This document shows positions 26,669 to 35,372 of a DNA stretch of 64,000 bases, one piece after another. The position numbers and the translations under genes are program-made. This DNA is from a virus, in the IMG/VR virus record IMGVR_UViG_3300046519_000323, positions 24,040-88,039 of that record; one strand, given 5' to 3'. Numbering within the stretch: position 1 is the first letter of the stretch; each line of letters starts with the position of its first letter. The notes under the pieces were generated by a model. The model did no database searches. It saw only the letters and a program-made list of their open reading frames with translations, and was not told the origin of the DNA.

Positions 26669-27400
26669 ATGCAAACTGGATTTAACTTAAATAATAATCT
26701 TGCTAGTGACTTACGTGGTGTACAGGTTGTACATGCAATTGCTGCGGTTCATAAAGTTCTTGTAAAAATGGGTATAGCTAAATCTCGCCGTACAAATAGC
26801 ACAAACACAAAATTTACGAACTATAATTTTCGTAGTATTGATGATATGTATAACGTCATTTCGCCTTTGATGGCCGAGAATGGACTTTTATGTATTCCCA
26901 CTGTAAAAGATACCAAAATTACAGAAAATAAAAATCAACACGGCGGTATTGCCCGTCATGCAGTTGTCACGGTTTCATATAATTTTATTAGTGTTGATGA
27001 TGCTTCGATCATTACTGCAGAAATGGTGGGGGAAGCAATTGACACTGCTGATAAAGCCATAAGTAAAGCTTTAAGTATGGCTCAAAAAGGGCTTTTTGAG
27101 CAGGCATTCTCTATACCGACAAGACCTTTTACGAATGATGTTTCTCAACAATCGTTCCAGCGTGAACAAACTCAATTACCGAATAACGCACCAAACCCTT
27201 TACGCAATTTAAATGCTCCTGACTATCATGAATTAGATGCTTTTATAAATTTATTGGGCTCTATTGGTTGTAGCTTTGAACGTTTTCTTAAACAACGTAG
27301 CATCACAGAAAATCAAATTACCCGTGAAGTGCTGAAACAAGAAACAATTAATATCGAGAAATATTTGAACCAACAAGGTGCGCCAACCCACCAATACTAA
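26669..27400 (+). CDS. erf: ERF-family single-strand annealing recombinase
   Basis: YNFRSIDDMYNVISPLMAENGL and GEAIDTADKAISKALSMAQKGLFEQAFSIPT match conserved ERF blocks. Confidence 0.75.
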   Translation: MQTGFNLNNNLASDLRGVQVVHAIAAVHKVLVKMGIAKSRRTNSTNTKFTNYNFRSIDDMYNVISPLMAENGLLCIPTVKDTKITENKNQHGGIARHAVVTVSYNFISVDDASIITAEMVGEAIDTADKAISKALSMAQKGLFEQAFSIPTRPFTNDVSQQSFQREQTQLPNNAPNPLRNLNAPDYHELDAFINLLGSIGCSFERFLKQRSITENQITREVLKQETINIEKYLNQQGAPTHQY

Positions 27401-27410
27401 CCTTTCTTTA

Positions 27411-27477
27411 ATGAACATTTGTTCAAATGAACAAATGTTCATTTGATTAAAAGAACGTTTGAACTATTGAACATATG
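27411..27477. repeat. TGAACA/TGTTCA array upstream of parA (candidate parS/operator)
   Basis: atgaacatttgttcaaatgaacaaatgttcatttgattaaaagaacgtttgaactattgaacatatg. Confidence 0.6.
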
Positions 27478-27625
27478 AAGTTAATCGGTACAATACCTGA
27501 AAATACTTCTTTTAAAGGGCAGTGCCTTACTTCTCTTAGATATTAAACATATTCGTTCTGGCCCGATCTACTTGTAAATAATGATCTAAAGCCGAACTAT
27601 CATATAAATAAATTGGATTTAAGAT

Positions 27626-28264
27626 ATGACGACAAAATATATCTCAACGCTTCAGCTGAAGGGCGGGGCGGGTAAAACTACAATCGCAAGTAATCTTATT
27701 GGTTATTTCCTTTCTAAAAATAAAAAAGTCTTGGGCGTTGATGCCGATATGCAACAAGGTACTTTGCATGCCTGGTCAAAACTTTTTAAACACCCTAAAT
27801 TTGAATGTGTAGGGGTTAACAGTCTTGAAGAGTTAATTTCTGTTCTTCGTGAGGCTCAAGAAAAATTTGATATCGTTATTACTGACCTACCTCCGCGGCT
27901 AGCTGATATTGCACGATCAAGTTTAGTTTTTAGTGATGTCGTTTTGATTCCCGTTGCTATTTCATCGCCTGATGTTTGGGCTGCTATGGACTTAACAAAA
28001 CTTATTGAAGCTGCCAAAAGCGAAAGCGATAACGCAAAGGTTCGCATGGTATGGAATAGGTTTAAACCAACTAAACGCAAAATTGAGGCTAAAGAAGAAG
28101 TAAAGCAGCTTCTAGGGCACGATGAAATTAAACAATATATTTCTGACTATGTAGCTTATTCCGATGTGCTGGGTTTAGGTACTTGGGTGGGGGAACATAA
28201 TCACGAAAAAGCTAAAACAGAATTTTTGGCCTTTGCCAAAGAAGTAGAAAAGTTAATTAAGTGA
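27626..28264 (+). CDS. parA: ParA partition ATPase
   Basis: Deviant Walker A KGGAGKTT, plus the DAD and DLPP motifs. Confidence 0.85.
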   Translation: MTTKYISTLQLKGGAGKTTIASNLIGYFLSKNKKVLGVDADMQQGTLHAWSKLFKHPKFECVGVNSLEELISVLREAQEKFDIVITDLPPRLADIARSSLVFSDVVLIPVAISSPDVWAAMDLTKLIEAAKSESDNAKVRMVWNRFKPTKRKIEAKEEVKQLLGHDEIKQYISDYVAYSDVLGLGTWVGEHNHEKAKTEFLAFAKEVEKLIK

Positions 28265-28277
28265 AACGGTAATTTTT

Positions 28278-28544
28278 ATGACTAAAGCAAAGATGAATTT
28301 TGTAAAACCTACAGGTGAAGAAAAACCTCAAAATGACCGTTTTGGGGCTGCAGTTGAGTTTGCAAAGGCTTCAAAAGAAGTTGTTGAAGGCTCTAAAGAT
28401 GAAGCGCGTGAAAATTGGGATTGCCCCAATAATTTACGTAAAGAGCTTAAGCAGTTTGTTGCAGGTTCGACGCGTTTCGCAACTAAGAAAGAGTTTTTAA
28501 CACAGTGTTTAATTGATGGATTAAAGAACTATAAAGGTCAATGA
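28278..28544 (+). CDS. ParG/ParB-like small centromere-binding protein (ribbon-helix-helix C-terminus)
   Basis: 88 aa directly after parA. The C-terminal NLRKELKQFVAGS...KKEFLTQCLIDGLK pattern is RHH-like. Confidence 0.55.
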   Translation: MTKAKMNFVKPTGEEKPQNDRFGAAVEFAKASKEVVEGSKDEARENWDCPNNLRKELKQFVAGSTRFATKKEFLTQCLIDGLKNYKGQ

Positions 28545-29224
28545 AAAAGGCTATCGGTTATGTCCGTGTTAGTACGGAAAAACAAGTAAGCGAAGGTGTT
28601 TCTATTGACGCACAGGTTGAGCGTATTAAAGCATGGGCGCTAATTAATGATTATGAACTTGTCGAGGTTTACTTTGATGAGGGTATTTCTGGTGCGACCT
28701 TTTCTAAACGTGAAGGCATTAATAAAGCTTTAGCGAATGTTGAAAAAGGTATGGCATTTGTTTGCTATAGCTTAAGTCGTGTAAGTCGTCATCTTGAAGA
28801 TACCTTGATGATTGGCAAAATTATTCAGAATGCTGGCGCCGATCTTGTAAGCCTTACTGAGCAAATTGATACAACAACTGCTTCAGGCAAAATGATTTTT
28901 AATCTCTTTGGGGTTTTGAATCAATTTGAACGAGATCAGGTTGCTGAGCGTACACGTACGGCCATGCAATTCTTGAAAGCTAATAATAAAGCTTATACTC
29001 ATCCGCCATATGGCTTTGATCGTCGTGGCGATGACTTTGTTGAAAATGAGGCTGAGAAACGAGTCATTGAATTGATGCTTGAGCTTAGGCAAAAAGGTTA
29101 CGGTCACCGAAAAATAGCAACCCATCTTAATAAAAATGCAATTTATGCAAAAAATGGCGGGTTGTGGCATCCAAAAACCGTAAAAGGTGTATTAGATCGT
29201 ATTGAAGGTGTTAAAACAGAATGA
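28541..29224 (+). CDS. serine recombinase (resolvase-type, with a short recombinase-domain remnant)
   Basis: Catalytic AIGYVRVSTEKQ, then SRVSR and LFGVLNQFERD. The tail PPYGF...GLWHPKTVKGVL resembles the start of the large-serine-recombinase domain, but the protein is only 227 aa. Confidence 0.8.
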   Translation: MKKAIGYVRVSTEKQVSEGVSIDAQVERIKAWALINDYELVEVYFDEGISGATFSKREGINKALANVEKGMAFVCYSLSRVSRHLEDTLMIGKIIQNAGADLVSLTEQIDTTTASGKMIFNLFGVLNQFERDQVAERTRTAMQFLKANNKAYTHPPYGFDRRGDDFVENEAEKRVIELMLELRQKGYGHRKIATHLNKNAIYAKNGGLWHPKTVKGVLDRIEGVKTE

Positions 29225-29256
29225 TTAATACGGAAATTATCAAACATAGATTTTAA

Positions 29257-29271
29257 ATACATTTTATGTAT
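29257..29271. promoter_or_regulatory. ATACATTTTATGTAT palindrome (ATRCAT family, 3-nt spacer)
   Basis: Read directly, in the convergent gap after the resolvase. Confidence 0.35.
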
Positions 29272-29312
29272 AAATTAATTGACAATTATGCATATAGCCT
29301 AAGATTCTATGT

Positions 29313-29336
29313 ATGTTCAAATGAACATTTGAACAT
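29313..29336. repeat. TGTTCAAATGAACATTTGAACA cluster
   Basis: Read directly. It lies between convergent genes, so it is not obviously promoter-associated. Confidence 0.55.
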
Positions 29337-29374
29337 CGTAATCAAGCGTTGATATTTTAGAAAATTAAAGGCTC

Positions 29375-29560
29375 TTATTTAAGAGCCTTTAATAATTCGT
29401 TAAGTGCTTCGTCACGCGACTTTAAATTGTGTTCTTTCTTATAGTTCTCGATTAATTCCAGACTATCTTTAGTTAGCCAGAAATCTTTTCTTTCAAAACC
29501 TTTTGCTAACATTTCTTCGCGTTGTTTGGCTTTTCGTTGAGCTGCTGTAAGAGCCATCAT
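29375..29560 (-). CDS. small ribbon-helix-helix-like DNA-binding protein
   Basis: 61 aa. LTAAQRKAKQREEMLAKGFERKDFWL resembles small plasmid regulatory RHH/CopB-type proteins. ATGA overlap with the upstream gene. Confidence 0.5.
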   Translation of the reverse strand: MMALTAAQRKAKQREEMLAKGFERKDFWLTKDSLELIENYKKEHNLKSRDEALNELLKALK

Positions 29561-30009
29561 TATTCCTCAGTTTGTTCTAGGATTGATTCACGTTTGAACA
29601 TTGGGATAATAAAAACCTCTTGATCATTTTCGATATCTTTATAACCATCAAAGCCCATATTTGTAGCGCATTCACCACGGCGAGCTATAACGAAATCATT
29701 TGTACCTTTTTCAGCAAACCAATGGTTCCAAACGCTATCGGAACTATTTAAAAGATTTTTGGCCGTTTCAGATTCAACTTCAAATTCTTCTACAATTACG
29801 TTAATCAATTCTTCGTCATAAAGATCACAAGCTTCAACAAAACGCATATTTTCGGCATTGATTAAATACTGAATAGGTTCAGCTGTATTTTCTTCATCGT
29901 CGTCAACTGGCACTTCATAAACATCTTTTGAGAAAAATAAGCAATCATCATAATTGCCAGACATTGTAATTTTTTCAATTTTGCATGGGCTGGTATGAAA
30001 TAGTTTCAT
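29560..30009 (-). CDS. acidic protein, possible stand-alone ADP-ribosyltransferase-like (ART-PolyVal-type) domain
   Basis: FHTS near the N-terminus, LFFS about 20 aa later, and C-terminal GFDGYKDIENDQEVFIIP. Together these resemble the H-Y-E ART arrangement seen in polyvalent proteins. Weak, from memory. Confidence 0.3.
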   Translation of the reverse strand: MKLFHTSPCKIEKITMSGNYDDCLFFSKDVYEVPVDDDEENTAEPIQYLINAENMRFVEACDLYDEELINVIVEEFEVESETAKNLLNSSDSVWNHWFAEKGTNDFVIARRGECATNMGFDGYKDIENDQEVFIIPMFKRESILEQTEE

Positions 30010-30196
30010 TTTAGATTCCTCTGTTATGGCCCTATCTTAATTCGTGAGCGGTCACGTTGCAAGAGAATTTACTAATATTTTTGCTTTTCGTTCTAAATTA
30101 CTTTAAATGATCAAAATATAGTTTTTAATAACTTTTTCTGATTATTATGCCTGATATACATGAAACGTATGTTGATACATAGTGTGTATATTGCTA

Positions 30197-30231
30197 AAAC
30201 GTGAACCACCCATTCCGGTGGTTCACGTTTT
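30197..30231. terminator. bidirectional rho-independent terminator
   Basis: AAAACGTGAACCACC cattcc GGTGGTTCACGTTTT. Confidence 0.75.
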
Positions 30232-30269
30232 AAAATGAATGAGAAGGGTACTTGTACTGAAAAAATGCG

Positions 30270-32423
30270 TTATAGAAAAATTTCAGGTGGGTACGGCGTG
30301 TTGTCTGTTACAGGTTCAAAGTACGTTTCGTTAAGAAAAAAGCCGTTTGGTGCTATTTCTTTGTCTATGGTCATTGAGTCAAACATTACCTGAGGATATG
30401 CCCAAACAAGCTGCTTCATAACGCCCACATCGTTATTATTAACTTTATCGCCTAAAATCCGTTGCCATATTGGAGGCCGATATTCTTTAGTATCATCAAA
30501 CCCATATAAATATGCGATTGCTGAATCTGGAACAAAGCCAACTAAATAAGCAACTTTATCGGCTGGATAATCTAATTCTTCGAGTGGAATTTCATTTACC
30601 GCTTGCTTTGTTAAATCAAGACGACCCTCAAGAATCCAATCATATGCCTCCGTCATAATATAGTCGAAGTTAGGATATTTATAATGTTCGCTAGGGTAGT
30701 TAATATACGTCGCTAGGCTTTCATTATGTGTTCTGATCGATGGAAAAAATATAAGAGGGCAGACCTTTGCACTCGGATAAATCTGTTTAATCATAGTCCG
30801 AATATCACGGCAAGTCTGGCCTAATTTATTTCTTAACCATGTTTTAAACTCATCGTACGGCGTACCAGTTTTATTAATTGCTTCATATATAGTACCTAAA
30901 TCGGGTGCATATAAGCCTGTATCAGCATTAAAAGCTAGTCGAGTTTGATAATCATAAACACACGGTAGATTAGTCGCGGTATTAAACCACCACCACGGCT
31001 CACCGATCTGCATATTTACCTCACATCCGCCTGTCACCATTGTTGCAGCGAACTCTTTAAATGCTTTGTGTAAATAGGCTAGGGCATTAGCATGACATAG
31101 GCTGAAGAAATAACTTGGGGGTTCATAACCAGTACGGCCAAGTGCGTCGTTAATGTCGCGTTGTGCCCAAAACTCATTACCAGCTTGAGAATACATTTCA
31201 AAGCTCACGCTGAAAACAGGGGTGAACCCTGCATCGTTTAAGGCTTTTGCATATGCTTCATGCCATCGAATTGTGCAAGGGTTTACCACATCCTCATTGG
31301 TTACTAATGTGTCGGGTATTTGCCATTTGTTTATAGCTCCATTCCAATACATTTCAGGGTAGTGAGACATACCACAATAATGATTAATAAAGCCCTGGTA
31401 CCCAAGTGCTTGCATATTGTCTACAAGGCGTTGAGGGTTCAAATCGTAATGATCGTCGAAGCTGGTACACATACCCAAATCATGCACAGGTACTTGAACA
31501 ACTTTAGTAAGCAGCTTGGCCCCAGTGCCGGAAACTTGGGAATTAGTGATTCTTAAGTAGCCTACTTCCCCCGCTTCTAATGGATAAGGTGCAACTTCTT
31601 CAGAAGTTGGCAAGCCGTCTGCCCCTAGAACCTTATTTCCTACGTATGAACTTGTAATACCAGCGAAAAACATTTGAGTAATTTTATTTACTGGAAATGG
31701 TTGATCTGCGTAAAAACCTGCCTTAATTTCATCAAAATTAATGCTGATTGTAGAGGTATGGCCGACGGGGAAATCAGCATAATTGTATAAAGCAACATAT
31801 GCCGTTTTTTCTTCACCCTCTTCAATATATTTAATCGTCAGGGTTATGGCTTTTTGCTCGTCATTTAGTGCCGGCATTGACGGCGAGAGCTCAATATCAA
31901 ATTCCCATATCAAACCTGAATAATTGAAATTCGATTCATATGCTAATAATTTGTGATCTTTTTTGTCCTCAGTATCCCATATGATTCCTACTAAATCGTT
32001 GCTCATACGTGATTTGAACAAAACCTCGAACCCATTATCGAAGCTTGTAGTTGTAAATGACATTGTTTGAGGACCGTCAACCCGCCAATACTTAGGGTCG
32101 AAGCGATCAATAAATTTGGTACCTATCCTTAATTGAGGGGTAGTTTGACTGGCTGAGTCAGTTATTCGTAGAACCTGCAAGCTGTTTATGCCCGTGTTTA
32201 AAGCATCTTGAACGGCAGCATAATCTAAATTTCTTGGGTCATAGCCGAGCACGGTACGTATGTTTTTAGCAGTTATATTCATTGGCCTATCAAAACGGCC
32301 ACGTCTGAATTTACCTACATAAACATCATTTATCAGTTGTGAGTCCTTGGAACTAGAAGAGTCTCTAGTTCCTTGGTACTGAATACCCGCCTCAGGCCCT
32401 AATAGGGTCGTTTTGTGTGGCAT
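30270..32423 (-). CDS. tail fibre/tailspike protein with probable TIM-barrel glycosidase-like (depolymerase?) C-terminal region
   Basis: 717 aa. Its ~90-aa N-terminus is shared with the two neighbouring paralogues. The C-terminal part contains IGEPWWWF and other glycosidase-like aromatic/acidic blocks. Confidence 0.5.
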   Translation of the reverse strand: MPHKTTLLGPEAGIQYQGTRDSSSSKDSQLINDVYVGKFRRGRFDRPMNITAKNIRTVLGYDPRNLDYAAVQDALNTGINSLQVLRITDSASQTTPQLRIGTKFIDRFDPKYWRVDGPQTMSFTTTSFDNGFEVLFKSRMSNDLVGIIWDTEDKKDHKLLAYESNFNYSGLIWEFDIELSPSMPALNDEQKAITLTIKYIEEGEEKTAYVALYNYADFPVGHTSTISINFDEIKAGFYADQPFPVNKITQMFFAGITSSYVGNKVLGADGLPTSEEVAPYPLEAGEVGYLRITNSQVSGTGAKLLTKVVQVPVHDLGMCTSFDDHYDLNPQRLVDNMQALGYQGFINHYCGMSHYPEMYWNGAINKWQIPDTLVTNEDVVNPCTIRWHEAYAKALNDAGFTPVFSVSFEMYSQAGNEFWAQRDINDALGRTGYEPPSYFFSLCHANALAYLHKAFKEFAATMVTGGCEVNMQIGEPWWWFNTATNLPCVYDYQTRLAFNADTGLYAPDLGTIYEAINKTGTPYDEFKTWLRNKLGQTCRDIRTMIKQIYPSAKVCPLIFFPSIRTHNESLATYINYPSEHYKYPNFDYIMTEAYDWILEGRLDLTKQAVNEIPLEELDYPADKVAYLVGFVPDSAIAYLYGFDDTKEYRPPIWQRILGDKVNNNDVGVMKQLVWAYPQVMFDSMTIDKEIAPNGFFLNETYFEPVTDNTPYPPEIFL

Positions 32424-32435
32424 CAGTATTTCTCA

Positions 32436-33113
32436 TTATGCAGCTGGTGCTAGACAGAAAGCTAAATATTCAGGGTCAGGTCCAATTGAGCCTTGATACA
32501 TTGCTGAAGGGTTAATAGGCATCTCGAATACATTTGGCGTGCTCGCATCAATAACTTCAATTTTGATTCGCACATAATTAGATGACGTATTCTCAAAACG
32601 AGCTCCCACAGCCAAGTCATATCGGCCATTCACATTAGCTACAGGCTGCCAAGCTTCATCAACGGGTGTAAATACAACCCCGTGAACTAGCATTAACCAA
32701 TCTTTGAAAGAATCATCTCTGAAAATATTAGAATTTCCAAATAAGACATCATTTACAAATGCTCTATAAGTTCCGCCGTCAGTAAGAATTTGAGCTCCCA
32801 TTTTTGAGGTGGCATCAGCACAGCCAATAGGAATCCCCTCATAACGGTTAATAATACGCATCACTTGAATACTTGGTACGCCAGTATCTAGCGCATCTTG
32901 AACAGACACATAGTCTAAATTTTTAGGATCATAACCTAAAAGACCTCGGATATTTGATTTGGTGATTGTCATGGGGCGATCTAAACGACCGCGTTTAAAA
33001 AACCCCACAACCATATTATTGATAGGAGCGGCACCCGTAGTACCAGTTTTGTCTTGAGTTCCTTGGTATTGAATACCCGGTTCGTTTCCGATAATTTTCG
33101 TAATGTGTGGCAT
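32436..33113 (-). CDS. tail fibre paralogue 2 (shared N-terminal anchor, distinct C-terminus)
   Basis: N-terminus MPHITKIIGNEPGIQYQGT...GRLDRPMTITKSNIRGLLGYDPKNLDYVSVQDALDTG aligns with 30270..32423 and 33591..34436. Confidence 0.55.
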   Translation of the reverse strand: MPHITKIIGNEPGIQYQGTQDKTGTTGAAPINNMVVGFFKRGRLDRPMTITKSNIRGLLGYDPKNLDYVSVQDALDTGVPSIQVMRIINRYEGIPIGCADATSKMGAQILTDGGTYRAFVNDVLFGNSNIFRDDSFKDWLMLVHGVVFTPVDEAWQPVANVNGRYDLAVGARFENTSSNYVRIKIEVIDASTPNVFEMPINPSAMYQGSIGPDPEYLAFCLAPAA

Positions 33114-33202
33114 GAAATAACTTTCTAGATTAGTGAACTTATAATAATTTTAGGTCTTTTCTATTTTTGTACTTTTGATTATTCCTATTGAAAAGTAGAG
33201 TT

Positions 33203-33229
33203 AAAAAAAACAGGTTTTACCTGTTTTTG
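33203..33229. terminator. bidirectional rho-independent terminator
   Basis: A8 - CAGGT ttt ACCTG - T5. Confidence 0.6.
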
Positions 33230-33253
33230 AAATTTTTGAGTCAGCTTGTACGC

Positions 33254-33541
33254 TTATCGCTCTTTCCATTGGGTGATATCGATCTCTATTGCCTCTTTTG
33301 GATTAAAAGTTATATTTCCTTCGGTGGAAGCTGTAATTTTTCTAAAGCCACTATGTATAAAACAATAGATAAATCCATCTTGTTTATCAGCTATTTGCCA
33401 AGTTTCGCCATATGCATAATGTCCAAAACGACCAGCCCAGCCACAATTTAGGTAGTCAAAAAAGAAATCATACATTTTTTCTAAATCATCTGTTTCTTTG
33501 GCTGGTAGTCTTACTTTAAAAAGATTGGGTAAATTGTTCAC
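33254..33541 (-). CDS. hypothetical protein (possible fibre chaperone by position)
   Basis: 95-aa ORF between two fibre paralogues. Confidence 0.4.
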   Translation of the reverse strand: MNNLPNLFKVRLPAKETDDLEKMYDFFFDYLNCGWAGRFGHYAYGETWQIADKQDGFIYCFIHSGFRKITASTEGNITFNPKEAIEIDITQWKER

Positions 33542-33590
33542 TCAATACTTCCTTACTTAAATTTTGTTTTAAAGTTTCTCTCAGTTAAGT

Positions 33591-34436
33591 CTACACAATT
33601 TTAAAGATTTTACCTGTTTGATTTACTTTATCAAAAGCAAGTTTGGCGACTATTACGCCTTCTGTTTGTGTTGAGTCCTTTGTTGCAGTTGTATTGTGGT
33701 CCATTACTATTTGTTGAACCACTACACCGCCTTCATTTGTAAAGTTCACGCCATTACTTATCATGGTACCACCTTTGTAGGTAGTGAATTGAATTTGAAA
33801 ATTTCCATTCACAAGGGTCCTATACCAAAAAGCTTTAAGTGTGATTTCGAAATCATTTACATTGCCGTAATCAGCTGCAAGGCGCTGAAGATTTACTAAA
33901 ATATCTTCTCCCCCTGTTGCTGTATTGTCCCCGCCCCAAGTTAAATAATCTGAATCGATATTAGCTTTATTCCAGCCAACGACGATATTACGCGCTGGCA
34001 ATGTAATCGATGTGCGTGTATCAAGATCAAGCCCCCCACTTTCTGCCCATTCATAGCTTATAACAGCATAATCAAAAGCTAGGATAGGCGTAGTGTTAGG
34101 GTCTTCAGGTTGGGGCTCTGGTTGGGGTTCCGGTTCAGGCTCTTCAAGTATTTCTGAAAAATCTTTCTCAACATAAATACGAAATACAGAAAGCTTCTCT
34201 ATTCCTGTTTCTAAAGCATCTAAGACGGCGATGTAATCTGGATTCCATGGCTCATGACCCAATAAACCGCGTACATTCGCATTTGTAATAGTCATGGGTT
34301 TATCTAAACGGCCACGTTTAAAACTGCCGATCAAAACGTTATTGATAGGCGGTTTGTCATTGATATCTTCATCAATTGTGAAACCCCGATTTTGAACACC
34401 TGACTCATTTTCTAGGTTTTCAGAATAAATATTCAT
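33591..34436 (-). CDS. tail fibre paralogue 3 (shared N-terminal anchor, EP/QP linker, distinct C-terminus)
   Basis: Trimmed from the TTG start to the ATG (MNIYSENL). GRLDKPMTITNANVRGLLGHEPWNPDYIAVLDALETG aligns with the paralogues. EPEPEPQPEPQPEDP linker. Confidence 0.55.
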   Translation of the reverse strand: MNIYSENLENESGVQNRGFTIDEDINDKPPINNVLIGSFKRGRLDKPMTITNANVRGLLGHEPWNPDYIAVLDALETGIEKLSVFRIYVEKDFSEILEEPEPEPQPEPQPEDPNTTPILAFDYAVISYEWAESGGLDLDTRTSITLPARNIVVGWNKANIDSDYLTWGGDNTATGGEDILVNLQRLAADYGNVNDFEITLKAFWYRTLVNGNFQIQFTTYKGGTMISNGVNFTNEGGVVVQQIVMDHNTTATKDSTQTEGVIVAKLAFDKVNQTGKIFKIV

Positions 34437-34452
34437 GTTGATTACCAAAACT

Positions 34453-34479
34453 TCGCCCTGAATTACCAGGGCGATTTTA
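34453..34479 (-). terminator. hairpin terminator after the lysis cassette
   Basis: TCGCCCTG aattac CAGGGCGA. The minus strand continues AGTTTTGG. Confidence 0.5.
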
Positions 34480-35091
34480 TTAAGATACGAAGAGTTGTTT
34501 TTCAGCTTGTCGGCGGTTCATTAGACCAGGGATTTTATGGCCTGCATCAAAAACCCAGCGGTCGAACTGTTCAGCTGCAGCCCGTCCCTGATTTGCATTG
34601 ATTAAACGAAGCATTGTGCTTTTGGTGAATTGAGTTTCACCCACGTTGTAAACAAAACTTGCTAAGGCGTCGAATTGGTTTTGTGTAATACGCACTGTCA
34701 CATATCGATCAAGACAAGCATCTACCCAACGACAATCATTAATGAGCCATTGTGAAGCTTGCTCTTCAGTGCATTTATCCCCTTTTGCTACTGCACGGCC
34801 ATCAGGGTATTTAATGGTACCGTAACCAATTGTCCAAACCCCACCCGTATCTAAATATCCATCAGTTCGGAAACCTTCTAATTTCTTAATTAAGGAATAC
34901 CCACGGGCAGAAATGTCACGTTGGCCTGTGATTCCCCCAAAGGTATAATTAATTGATCTTGCAAAAGTATCGAGTCCCACTGCTGCAATGATTTGATCAC
35001 CTGCAATTACCTGATCTTGTCTTAATGTTCCGCCCGACATTGCTTTTAACCACGAAAATGCCGCTGCAATTTGTTCTTTATCTGCGCTCAT
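34480..35091 (-). CDS. endolysin, GH24 (T4/lambda-type) lysozyme
   Basis: LEGFRTDGYLDTGGVWTIGYGT carries the E-x8-D-x5-T catalytic triad spacing. Confidence 0.85.
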   Translation of the reverse strand: MSADKEQIAAAFSWLKAMSGGTLRQDQVIAGDQIIAAVGLDTFARSINYTFGGITGQRDISARGYSLIKKLEGFRTDGYLDTGGVWTIGYGTIKYPDGRAVAKGDKCTEEQASQWLINDCRWVDACLDRYVTVRITQNQFDALASFVYNVGETQFTKSTMLRLINANQGRAAAEQFDRWVFDAGHKIPGLMNRRQAEKQLFVS

Positions 35092-35372
35092 GAATCACAT
35101 CCTTCCATTTTTTGAAAATAAGCGGTGAGGTAGTGAATAAATAACGCAACTAAAAGAATCAAAATTAAAGAAATTCCAAGTGAATATTTATTAACGATAA
35201 AACTGCTAGAAGCTAAAATAATTAAAACTACTATCCAGCTTCTTTTACAATTCGCCGTGTAGATAATACGGCTTGGTAATAATGTACAAATAAATGTGAT
35301 TATGATGGCAGTTAAGCAAACTATATTTTTGATTAAATAAATATCCATATTATTAACCCTCACGGTTATCAT
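35088..35372 (-). CDS. small membrane protein of the lysis cassette (holin/antiholin or spanin-like)
   Basis: 94 aa with three hydrophobic helices. Overlaps the endolysin start by 4 nt. Confidence 0.5.
   Translation of the reverse strand: MITVRVNNMDIYLIKNIVCLTAIIITFICTLLPSRIIYTANCKRSWIVVLIILASSSFIVNKYSLGISLILILLVALFIHYLTAYFQKMEGCDS

Noticed and set aside
28541-29224. The serine recombinase as a possible prophage integrase.
   Set aside because: It is only 227 aa. It has the resolvase catalytic domain plus just the beginning of the large-serine-recombinase domain, with no zinc-ribbon or coiled-coil. Its location after parA/parG fits multimer resolution.
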